NCBI RefSeq assembly: GCF_006345805.1
Contig: NW_021833428.1
Location: 10,304-74,303, forward strand
Reading direction: 5' to 3'
Length of the DNA: 64,000 nt
From: Octopus sinensis
Taxonomy: Eukaryota
Shown: positions 49,811 to 60,946 of the stretch, piece after piece
How the letters are laid out: each line of letters starts with the position of its first letter
How positions within the stretch are numbered: the stretch's first letter is position 1
Notes under the pieces: generated by a model
The model's input: only the letters and a program-made list of their open reading frames with translations
Database searches by the model: none
What the model was told of the DNA's origin: nothing
Made by a program: the position numbers and the translations under genes

Positions 49811-51049
49811 ATGCCTCCGTTTATCTCGACGTGCAGATGTGAGAAATTAGAGTTATTAAGGAAAATACTAAATTCTGTAAATATAAATTTTTGCTATGTC
49901 ATAGAGTAAATACACTCCCTACAAATCCATAAATATTGTCGGTCCTCAAGGCTGTGGAAAGTCATGTACAGTGGCCTACCTGATAAAAGACAATCCCCTC
50001 AATTCAGTATATCTGGATTGTGCCCAATGCTACAGCGAGTCTATATTTTGGAATGTTCTTTGTGGGACATGCAACGATTCCGGGGAAACAGTCTCTGACT
50101 TTATTAGCATAGCAGGAAAGACAGGACAACATTTTACATTGGTGTCCCCTGTCATGTAAGGTTGCAGATTTTTGACTCAGCGGATAAGCTGTCGCCTCAA
50201 ATATTGTCAATTCTGAGCAAATTAAACGATTATAGTCCTCAAATAGACGTCTCTTGTGTGTATATTAGTGAAAATCCATGTGATATGTCAGGACTGACAA
50301 TACACTTGCCTCATTACACAATTAGTATGTACTATGTATACATTTCAGATGAAATCAAGACAATTTTAGAGGCTCACCTGCCTCCTTCCTCTTTAACTGA
50401 ATTATTTGTAGACATTCTTGTCAGTGTTATGAACGTGTGGACGTTTAATCTCCACGAAATCATTCAAATTGGTCTCAAATATTACAATCTTCTTCCTAAA
50501 GATGTGACTGCTCATTCAATGTGGAAAATTCTCGAACCTTCTCTACTTATGGCTCCACAATCTATTTTTCTAAAGACCGATTGTGAGTCTCTTAACAATG
50601 ACTTGGTGAATCTTCCAGAGAATACTAAACTTGTCCTTATTTGTGCCTACATTGCATCCTACAATCCAATTTCGACTGATGTGCAGTATTTTATTAAGAA
50701 GACGTCAAAGAAGGCTATGCCAAAGACTGTGATGATTATTTAAGAATGTTTAGACCACAACTCAAACGACAGGACCTAAGTTGTTTGAATTGGACAGACT
50801 GTGTGCTATACATCACGTGGTTAAAGAACACATGTCAAACATGTTGGAATATGATGTTAATAGTCATGTTGTTGTGGTTTAAATGACTCGTAGTTGTCTA
50901 CTTTGGTGTGTCTTCGACTGCTGAGTACGACAGGAGGACTTGACTCTCCCAAGTTTAAATGTCTTGCCACTTACGACCAAATGAAACCCGTTGCCAGTTC
51001 TATAAATCTCAATTTGAAAGCATATTTATATAATCTCGATAATAAATAA
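49811..51049 (+). CDS. ORC5: Origin recognition complex subunit 5
   Basis: Walker A GPQGCGKS; IFDSADKL; LPENTKLVLICAYIASYNP..D..YF; GPKLFELDRL; LDSPKFKC. Confidence 0.88.
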
Positions 51050-51193
51050 TTTTAATTTCCTTAAAAATAGCTAAATTCGATGTCCGCTGAAGGAGTAGAT
51101 ATTCTGTATTTTACTTGGTTTTTTGGATTAATAAATTTTTTTAATTATTTAAAATTAAAATTATTTATTTAAACAATAAGATATCCTATTTTC

Positions 51194-51519
51194 ATGAGTG
51201 ACGTGGAGAATATTAAAAAGGAATCTAAAAGATATTTCATTGGTAGTAATTATTAATTGTTAATTTAGCTGGATTTTTCTTTCTTCCAATTTTATGGATA
51301 TTGAATATTTGCTTATTTCATAATCGTGGTAATGAAGATAGGGAAATTTTATATTGTGATTCTCAACCTTATTTTTTAGACGTGAAAATGTCGTTTGTGT
51401 CCCTTCTCGTATTTTTGATCGCATTAATTTCTTGGATAGCCATCTTCCAGTCTAAAAGACTTAGTTGGGGCCTGACTGGGGACCGTTTGATGTTTGCATT
51501 CTTAGCTGGAAAACTTTAA
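51194..51519 (+). CDS. PSENEN: Gamma-secretase subunit PEN-2
   Basis: KRYFI|AGFFFLPILWILN..Y|YVKMS..SWIAIFQSKRLSWGLTGDRLMF..G; introns ~51243-51268 and 51356-51379. Confidence 0.88.
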
Positions 51520-51589
51520 CTTATATTTTTTCCGAAAAAATATTTTTAATCTATTAATTATATTAAAATAGAATTAAGTTTGCCTGCAC

Positions 51590-52401
51590 ATGACTGATCT
51601 TGTGATTAATATAAAATCTAAAAAACAACTTAAGAAAGAGGCTAAGCTTAAAAAACGTCAAGAAAAAAAACAAGAACGAAAGTGAATTTGTAAATTTAAT
51701 GTTTTAGAAAAAATAAACGTGAAAAAAGAATTCAAAAACGTAAACCTTGTCTTATTACTCGAATGAGTAATTCCCAAAAACTCTTTCACGTAGTTATAGA
51801 TTGTTCATTTAGAAATTACATGTCCGTTAATGTTAAAACCATTTAAATTATCAAATAGGACTGTAAAAAACTGTCGACTCAGTTAGCCGGGTGTTACAGT
51901 TACAATCGGCGGTCTTTAAATCCTTTACAATTACATTTTACAAGTATGGATGAATATATGACTCAATTAATGCCTCATGATTATAATAAGTGGGATATAT
52001 TCACTCATTCTGATTATTTTTTGAACTGTTTTGTTGATAAATCTATCACTTATTTAACGGGGGACTCTCCAAACATAATAAATGAGTTATGTGAAGGAGA
52101 AGTGTATGTAATTGGTGGTCTTATCGATCACAATCATCACAAAGTGAACATATTATTGTTAATATGTAGAATTTGTGTTTTAACATTGCTTGTGAGAAAA
52201 ATATAAAACACGGACGTCTACCTCTCAGTTCAGAGTTGATTAAACGCGAGTGTAATTGGATTTTGACTGTTAATCAAGGTATGTTTAATTACTATGTCAG
52301 TTTATCAAATATTGGTCGAATTTGCTAACATGGGGGATTGGACTTCAGCTATATTAAAATCACTTCCTGCCAGAAAACGAGCTTGTGTAGACTCCAAATG
52401 A
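51590..52401 (+). CDS. TRMT10A: tRNA m1G9 methyltransferase TRM10
   Basis: SKKQLKK, VVIDCSF, QL..CYSYNRR, YLTGDSPN, VYVIGGLIDHNHHK, RLPL, LTVNQV, P.RK. Confidence 0.9.
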
Positions 52402-52494
52402 TTATTATTATACTTTGAAATTTTTTTTGAGTGAGCTTAATAGATTATTTATTTTGAGCCTTAATATACAAATAATTTAAAGATATGATGTTAA

Positions 52495-52960
52495 TAACTT
52501 TTAATTGATTCGATTTTCTTTTTTTTTACTGTTCTTTTGAGGAATGGAAATTGAAAAAAGGCAGTGCGAAGACTAAGGCAGAAAAGTCTGCATGTAAGTT
52601 TTGGAGTTTGCAATCCTGTAGGATAGTAAATTGTAGAGCACTGCTGAGGACCACAAGAACAATGCATAGGCCGATTCGTAGACTGATCGATCGTGTATAA
52701 TGTCCAGGATTTTGTTCCATGCCATTGGAGGGTGGTTTTGAGAACGCTAACATTAAGGATTTCGATTTTAGTGACGTTTACTAAGAGTCCCAGACTGTTC
52801 AGTGACAGGATCGGGACCTTAGATAATGGATCAATAGGTCTTCTAATTGTGGTGTCGTCAGATATCATGGGTTGAATGGTGATCCGACTGAGCAGACGAC
52901 CTGGTCGATGCCAAGAGAGAAAAACACGAACTTGTTTCAAAGTACCGAAACGGTTACTTA
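52495..52960 (-). mobile_element. Highly deleted CRE-like remnant
   Basis: DDTTI..LNSLGLLVNVTKIEILNVS and SISLRIGL. Confidence 0.5.
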
Positions 52961-52999
52961 AGGCAGTTAGTTGTAGATTTTATAGACTTATATCATAAA

Positions 53000-53720
53000 A
53001 ACTATTTTTAAAAAGATTCTTTTGATTTTCAATCTGTTTAAAACTTTCTGAGCATCGGAAGTTTCAAATGATTAGCATACTTTTGAGAGTTCTTTTCAGT
53101 AAAATGGATTTGATGTAAGTTCTCGTTGCTTTTCAATTTTTATTTTATCTATATAATTTTTAAAGCATTTCAAGACAATTCCAGCTCACGTCAAAATCAC
53201 CGGAATAGTTTTTACATGTGCTTCATCAAGTATTGAAAGGTCATTCATTAGCCAGTAACTCATATTTGTGAAATTTCATGATTTCGACTTGTTTGAGGCG
53301 GTTTTGTGAAGTAATGCCTACCTCAATTAAAGTTATTTCATTCTTTATTTTATTGAAGTTTTTTTTCAATCTTAATTTACGTATCAATTCACATTTTAAC
53401 ATTCTGCGTCGGTATTATAGACTGAATCGAGTGAGCTTTCATTTTCTTTACTTTTTTAATACCATAGACTCGACACAAATAAAGATGGATATAGTGTACA
53501 ACTTGATTTTTCTCAGAAATAATCACTTTTTAATATTTACCACACTGACAATTTTCCTGCTATTTTTGCAATAATTGCATCAAGACCCGATGAATGCGAA
53601 AAATAAATTCCTATCCTGCCAGAGACAGTACAATGCCTAACTCCGTGGACAGTTGCTTCTTTTAGATGACCACTCGAGGACGTGGCTGGGTCAACATTTT
53701 ATTTGAAAAGCAACGAGTGT
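53000..53720 (-). mobile_element. R4/Dong-like RLE 3' fragment
   Basis: IHLYLCRVYGIKKVKK, ITLIEVGITSQNRLKQVEIMKFHKYELLANE. Confidence 0.75.
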
Positions 53721-53840
53721 AACACCTTTCTTAGTTTCAGCATGAGCGGAGGCAGATCTAGGGCGAGAAACAGAGTCCATGAGCGATGACGAAGAAAACG
53801 AGTCGACACCGAATACATCCCATACGAGAGTAAGTCCTAT

Positions 53841-56800
53841 CTTTTTTTTTTTAAACAAAAAAGAAATTAAAAATAGCTAAGTTAATTAAAGGCCTCACGA
53901 GACACCCGGCCAGCCTCGCGAATGGCGAAACCGTTCCCTCGGATCACAGCAATCGACAGACGTTCCAGGAGCCAAGAAAACTCTCTTGGATCGTGACTAG
54001 TCCTTGAAATCCGTCGACCGAGCGAGCGAAGGAAGCGGAGTGTCTTGGGGCCGAAGATCCCGGAGGACTCCACGGCAATTGGAGTAAAGAACAGCGAGTT
54101 GGAGAGGTGGCCGTACTTGAGAATCTTTCGCTCCTCGGCCTGCCTCGAAGCGTGCCCAGGATTTCCCAACGAGAACGTGTCCGAATCCCAAATAAGGGAT
54201 TTCCCCTGCTCGTAGGGGAAGGTGGACATGCCGTCAGGGCGTTTGCCATCCCCTCTATCCAATCCAACAGGTTCAAGGATTGACGGGATGCCTGCTGAAG
54301 CGAGGGCTCTCTGTATGACTGAGTTGAGTTCACTGTGACGGGGGGCACGACCTGCACTCCGCCGGCAAGCGAGGGGATGCAAACCGTACTCGTCAACAGT
54401 TCCCCCACAACGGCATTTGTGCGTCTGGCAGATTTTCAGCCCGACACGGAGGGAGATTGCAATTCTTAGGCATTCCTTGTCCAACAGGTTCCCGATGGAA
54501 GGGAGAGGGAGAGCCTTTAACCAGACACCGCTGCCTTCACAGCGACCTGCACTGCACGGAGGCAAGCGACACGGTGTTGATTGGAGACAGGAAGCAGGCC
54601 TTCGAAGATTGCCTGACAAGAGATTTCGTCCCATTGACGCTGTGAAAATTGAGAATTGGGCAGCTTCGAACCAAACCGAGCCTCCCACCGACCACGGGCT
54701 GCAGAGTAAACTTCAGACAATTTCCGTTCGGGGAGGTTTCTAAGAACGATGTCTGAGAGAGTACGAGAAGCGTGATGAGCGGATAGGAATGCCGGGAGGG
54801 CAAGATCGGAATAGGATCTCAAGCCAAGGCCGCCCCAGCGCACAGGCAGGGATGCCTGAGTCCAGCCTGGATCGTCGAAAGCCAGATTGCAAAGAGAGCT
54901 CGTACCGAGCCTGAGGATATTGTCAAGGTCGGAAAGAAGGTCGTCTCTTTGAAAGCAGGTGCGCATCTTAGGGTGTAAAGGATCTTAGGGACGGAAAAGT
55001 GGTTTCGGAGGAGGAAAGAGCCACATGAGGCTCTATGACTTTAAGCTTGTCGATCATTTTGGATAAGTGGGAAATTTTTCCAGCGAGTGAGCATTCGAGG
55101 GCAGAAGGCCCCATAGGGGCACCGAGGATCGTAAGATTTGATTTGTCCGTAATCCGGACATCTGAGAGAATGCCTCGGCACGTGGAAATTGAAACAGTGA
55201 AGTCACTCGGATTTAAGGCAATGTTCACGATTTCGGATTTATCGGCGTTTATAGATAGGCCGATGTCCGAGAGGGAAGGGAGGATAGAACGAAGGTCGTC
55301 AAAAACAGCATCGGGGGGACCACAAATGGTTGCGTCATCCAGATACCATATGTTAACTGGGGATCGAACAGAGTGAGCGATACTGTTAACGCCCAAGGCA
55401 AAAAGGACAGGACCCAGGGGATCTCCCTGTTGGACCCCGGTGGCCGAAGAAATAGGTATATCGTTGAACATAAGGATACTTGAGGAAGCATAAGAGAGAT
55501 GCACAAGGGGATAGGCGAAAGGGACTAATTCACGACAGCACTCCAGAAGGTGGTCCCGCCTGATGGAATTGAATGCGTTGGAAACGTCCAATTTGACCAT
55601 AATAAACTGCTCAAATGATTCGTTAGTTCACGAATTGAATGAACACCGCTTCGCAGCCGTTAGGAACGCCGACCCCGAGTTGGACAGGCAGAAACACTCG
55701 AGACAAAAAGGGGACAATGGCTCGACACAGAAGTTTAGCAGAGAGCCTCCGAAAATATTGCCCACGGCGATGGGCCTCACGCCGTTGTCCTTTTTCCCAA
55801 GGGCAGTAAGGTTGGCGGAAAAGAAAATATCACGAGCAAAATCGGGGAGGGAACCGGAGATGAAGCGGTTGCACAGGTTGGTATTGAGCGTAGGAGTTTT
55901 CGACCAGCTTCGGCGGTAGTGGGAGACGTCAGGTCTTTCAGATGACCTGGTCTCAGACAATCTACACCACCACTGCTTCCAGGTGAAAAGTCCCTCAGGG
56001 CTTTCAGTACAAGAGTTTCCGAGACAGCAAAAGGATTGAGAGCGAGGGTGTCAGGGGACGGCTGAGGCCTGAAGTCGTTTGGCTGAGGGGATGTTTTTTC
56101 CTGAGGGAATTCAAACAGCAGGGGTCGTGGGCAAAAGGGGACTTGTCGAGGCAACCAGCCTAACTGCACCACGAACGTCGCCGTCCAAGAGTTTACTATT
56201 AATCTTTCTGTTGAGGTAATCGACGTCATTCGCGTGAGAGGACACATTATGGGATGGTGAACCAGAGGGAAATTTGGAGCTAGCGAGGTGGTCCCGCAGC
56301 CAGCGGATGAAAAAAAGTTCTTATCATACAAGGCCAATTCTTGTTTGACGGTTGTAGCCAGCGAGATGGAGGAGGTTTTCACACGGGCTCTTAATGGGGC
56401 AAAACCGAGACCGAAAGAGGCGAAGCAAAACAGCTTAAGCCAATCGGAATGGCATCAGATGCCAAAGCCTTATCGATTGCGGCGGACAAGGAGGAGGCTG
56501 CAAAGATACGCGCAGCTTTTGGGATTCTGGATGGGATTTTCCGGAGACGGCGGAAGAGCTTGATAGATTTGAGAACTTCCTCGGCAGACGGAGATGTTGC
56601 GAGTGGCGCTTTTTCGGGGAGTTCTTGCGGGCTGGAACACTGAACCGGCTGGCAAGTGCGGCAGGAAGGACAGTCCCAAATTAAGAGAGAGGCAGAAACG
56701 CGCCTGGAAAGACGCACGCAAGAAAGGTGGAAGAATCTGTCGCAACTAGAACAGACTCTCCCTTTCTTGCGGTTGTTACTAACTTCGCAAGTAGAGCATA

Positions 56801-59800
56801 GAACAGAAGTGGGTTGGAAACAGAAAGACATAAAAAGAGAGCAAGATAAAAACAATGAACAAATGGATGACAAAAAGAAAGGGAAAGAGAGTGAGAATTA
56901 TTGAATTATTGAATAACATACGCGCGCGCGTGTTCTTGTGGTGTTTTTCTTTGTTTGTTTTTTGGTCTATATTAGTGAAGAAAAGAAGGTTTTTTCTGGC
57001 ATTTCTGATTGTTTTTTTGTTCTTTCATTTCTTAATGACTACCTGCTCCGTTTGTAAATCCGTTAATAATCGGAAAAAATCTATTCGGTGTGATTCTTGC
57101 TCTTCTTTGTTTCATATTTCCTGTATCAAGCTGTCAAAGAAGTCACTTTCCGGCCTCTCTCGTTGGGTGTGCTCTTCTTGCTCTTCCTTTCCTCCTTCTT
57201 ATTTAAATGATGGTCACCACTCCGTCTCTCCTCCCTCTCTTGACAATCCTTCAGATCCATTTTTATTGGACTCTGAATCGGTCCTTAAATTGGTTCATGA
57301 TTATCGTGTTTCTTTCCGCATTCCCATCCGAATCCCAAAATCAGCCCGTATTTCGGTGGCCCTAAACCTTTCTTCTTTAATTGAGTCTGCCATTTCCGAT
57401 CCATCCATTCATAATTGGAATCGTTTGTTTTTTTTCCCAACTTTTGCGTTGGGCTCCCCTGTTCGTCGCCCCGGTGCCGGTGCCTCCTTTGTTTCTCTTT
57501 TGAAAAAGAATATGAGTCAGTTTATGACTGGCTCTTTCGCTCCGTCTCCCTCTCATTTACCTTCTACCGCTAAGCCCTCGTCGAAGGACGGTTCTAAACG
57601 TTTACGGTCTCGGATTAACTCCTGCTTAATGTCGCATGATGTCATCGCGGCTGTTCGTCTCTTGTCATCTTCTGATTCCGTCCGTACAATCACCCCCGAT
57701 GTTGTTCGCATTCTCAAGGAAAAGCACCCTATTGGAAAACCAGTAACTTTTGATGTGGCCCAATCGTCCTGTTTTCCCTTTTCTGTTTCTCCCAAACAAC
57801 TTTTGGACGCCTTAAACTCCTTTAGGGGTAACAGTAGTGGAGGTATCGACGGTCTCCGTCCTATTCATTTGAGAGACTTAATTTCCGCCAATGGGGATAC
57901 CGGGAATCGCCTCTTGAATGCTTGCACTAACTTGTGCAATTTATTCCTGAGCGGCAAAATTTCTGACCATGCTAGAATTCTGTTCTTTTCCGCGAATCTT
58001 ACGGCCTTGGGCAAGAAAGATGGCGGTATCAGGCCTATTGCTGTTGGAAATGTCTTTCGCCGTTTATTTGCGAAAGTCTGTTGCAAGTCCGTTATTCCTT
58101 CTATTGGCGAGCAACTGCAGCCCATTCAGTTGGGTGTGGGTGTTCCTGGCGGTTGCGAGTCTTCTGTCCATGCCTGTCGTTGTTTTATTCACGGTTCTAC
58201 TCGTTCCAATATTTCCCTTGCCTTATTGAAACTGGATGTAACTAATGCTTTCAATTCTCTGGACCGTGGTCATATGTTGGAGGTCTGCCAAGACCGTGTT
58301 CCACACTTGCTTCCCTTTATATCGCTTTCGTACTCGCTTCCATCACTTTTAATCGCCGGTAGTTTTTCATTTCTTCGTCCTGTGGCGTCCAACAGGGTGA
58401 TCCTTTGGGCCCATTACTGTTCGCTCTTGCCGTGGATGCCATTGCCCGCGTTAACGAATCACCCCTTAATCTTTGGTATCTCGACGATTGCACCCTTGGC
58501 GGTCCGCCTGATGTTTTGCTAAAGGACTTAGCCAGTCTAATTCCGGCTTTATCCGACATTGGTCTGGTTATTAATTCCAGCAAGTCCGAGATTGTCAATC
58601 TCTCTGTAGAGCCATCCCTGTTTAAGAACTCCTTCTCTCTTTTTTGCAAACTCCTTCCTGAGTTGAGACAGACACCTCTGTCTGATCTGGAAATTCTGGG
58701 GTCACCGATTCTCACCGACTCAGCTACTCGAATCCTCCTTGCCAAGAAAAATCTTATTGCTCTCTTTGTGAAAAACTTTCTGTCATTGATCCTCATCCTT
58801 CATTTTACATCCTCAAGAACTATCTTTTGATCCCAAAATTGTTTATATCCTGAGGAGCTCACCTTGTTTTTATGCAACCCAAATGCTGGAATCTTATGAT
58901 TCCTTGGTTCGGAGGTCTGCGGAGAAAATTCTCAATGTGCATTTCGACGATATTGCCTGGTGTCAGGCTAAACTTCCTGTGAGTCACGGGGGTCTGGGCC
59001 TCCGTTCTAGTATGGATTTGGCTCTTCCTGCCTTTCTTTCTTCGGCGTCTGGATCATATCTTCTTGTCCAAAAGATTCTGGAAAAAACTACTGAATCATC
59101 GTTGGACTCTGATATTGATTCAGCCCTCGCTTTTTGGAAAGGCAATTTTTCTGAGGTCCCTTCCGATGTCTCTTCTCAGCGAGACTGGGACAAAATTCTC
59201 TGCCGTCGTTCTTCTACCGACTTGGAACCACTCCTCGACCAACACAGACTGGCTTGTTTCCGATCCGCCTGTCAGCCATACTCAGGCTCCTGGCTGAATG
59301 TTCTCCCTTCTCCGCTTTTGGATACTGTCCTCGATAGGGATTCACTCCGTTTTGGTATCTGTAATCGCCTTGGACTCCCTGTCTGCAGACCTCATCCATG
59401 TCGTTGTGGGGATAAAGTTGACGCCTTTGGGCTACATCCTCTGTCTTGTCGAATGAGCGCCGGCCGATTTCCTCGGCACACCGAAATCAACAGTCTAATT
59501 CAGAAAGCTCTGGAAAGAGCTGGTTTCCCTTGTATTCTGGAACCGACGGGCCTTGTTCTTGATGATGCAAAACGTCCGGACGGCTGTACGCTGTTCGCTT
59601 TTGAATCCGGGAAACAGCTCGTTTGGGACGTCACCTGTTCCGACTCCTTCGCCAAGGGTGCCTTAAATGCTACGGCTTGTCGTCCCGGCTCGTCGGCCGA
59701 GAAGGCCGAATTTGCAAAACTTTCGAAATATGTTGATTTACTCGATCGATTTTGCTTTTGGGCAATTGCTGTCGAAACCTCCTGTGTTTTTGGGGCCAAG

Positions 59801-60044
59801 ACGCTTGCCCATCTCAAGAAACTTGGCCGCTTGTGCACCCACCGCTCCAGAGATCCGAGGGAATTTATATTCCTCATTCAGAGGATCTCGCTGGCTGTTT
59901 TACGCGGGAATTGTCTTTCAATCCTGCGAGCCAGTTCATAATAGCTAGTTTTTTTTTTTTAAAAAAAAAAATTATTGAATTGAATAACAAATAGCAAGTG
60001 AACAAATGAATAGAAAAAGTGCACCACAACAACAACGCGCGTGC
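53841..60044 (-). mobile_element. Full-length CRE-like element, family A (PHD-RT-CCHC-RLE; ORF ~56831-53882, frameshifted), with its 5'UTR split by the family B insertion
   Basis: PHD C4HC3, RPIAVG, QLGVG, KLDVSNAFN, GVQQGDPLGP, WYLDD, GGLG, CRCG..H..C, RPDG, E..K..KY; poly(A) at 53842-53852; 5' piece at 59990-60044. Confidence 0.9.
56919..59970 (+). mobile_element. Full-length CRE-like element, family B (ORF ~57035-59941, a few frameshifts), ~20-bp TSD
   Basis: CSVC..CDSC..FHISC..WVCSSC PHD; same RT/RLE motifs; T-run/poly(A) tail; AATTATTGAAT(TAT)TGAATAACA on both sides. Confidence 0.92.
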
Positions 60045-60379
60045 AAATAATTGTCTCATCTTGAACGAGGATTAACTAGACCCGTCAGATGTTTCCCGTT
60101 TCCACGGTCTAGCCCAGGGATCGGCAGGATGTTTGTCTTCGCGTGGCAAAATTTTATTTTTGTATGCGATCCGGGCCAAACGTGAAAAGATCCTTATCGG
60201 TTGGAAAAATAAGAATATACGAGAATCACTTGGCTGAGACAGAGGATCTTGATTCGTTTACAATCGTGAGCGGTAACATACAAACTATCTTTTTTGCAAG
60301 GAACTAACCGTTCCAGGTAAAGCTTGCGAGTTTATTAGTTAAAAATGATTACAAGGAAGTGAATTTATTTTATTTATTA

Positions 60380-60940
60380 ATCTGACTAGTCCTAAACGTA
60401 ATATATCGTTAAAATGTAAATCGGTAATTTTCGTTCTCAGACAATTTTTTACATTATTCATAGTGGAGAATAATTGTTGATATAAAAATGTGTTTCCAAA
60501 TATTAGCATTGTCGGTTAATTGTGATATTTTTTAACACATACAAAATTTTTTAGAAACTCAAAATTACCAATTCAGAAAAATATTTTGATTTAAGTTTAG
60601 TGTCGCATTGACTTTAAAGTAATTCCATTTTATAACAACCTGGTACTGTCTCAGTTTCAACATCAAATGAGATTGGAAAATGTTGAAAAGATTTTTATGA
60701 ACCTAAAAAATTATATATAAGTATTTTACTCTTAAATCCATAAAACGTGATGAAAATTCTGATCTTAATTCGTATATTCCGGGCCATCAGTCGGATTCGT
60801 AGAAAGAAAATTCACAAAATACGTCATATTTCCTTTTTGTAACTGTAATTCCTACAACTCAAATTTATTTTCAAAAGTAGTTATTTCGGTATACATTTGG
60901 TTTATTAATTTATTACTTCCTTGCAGTTTCAAGTTTAAGT
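60380..60940 (-). mobile_element. hAT (SPIN/GTF2IRD2-like) transposase C-terminal remnant
   Basis: FDVETETVP..MELL..QCDTKLK and FGNTFLYQQLFSTMNNVK..RTKITD. Confidence 0.6.
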
Positions 60941-60946
60941 CATTTA

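Noticed and set aside
60073-60112. Hairpin CTAGACCCGT...ACGGTCTAG next to the CRE-A 5' end as a ribozyme
   Set aside because: Lies outside the inferred element boundary and fits neither hammerhead nor HDV topology.
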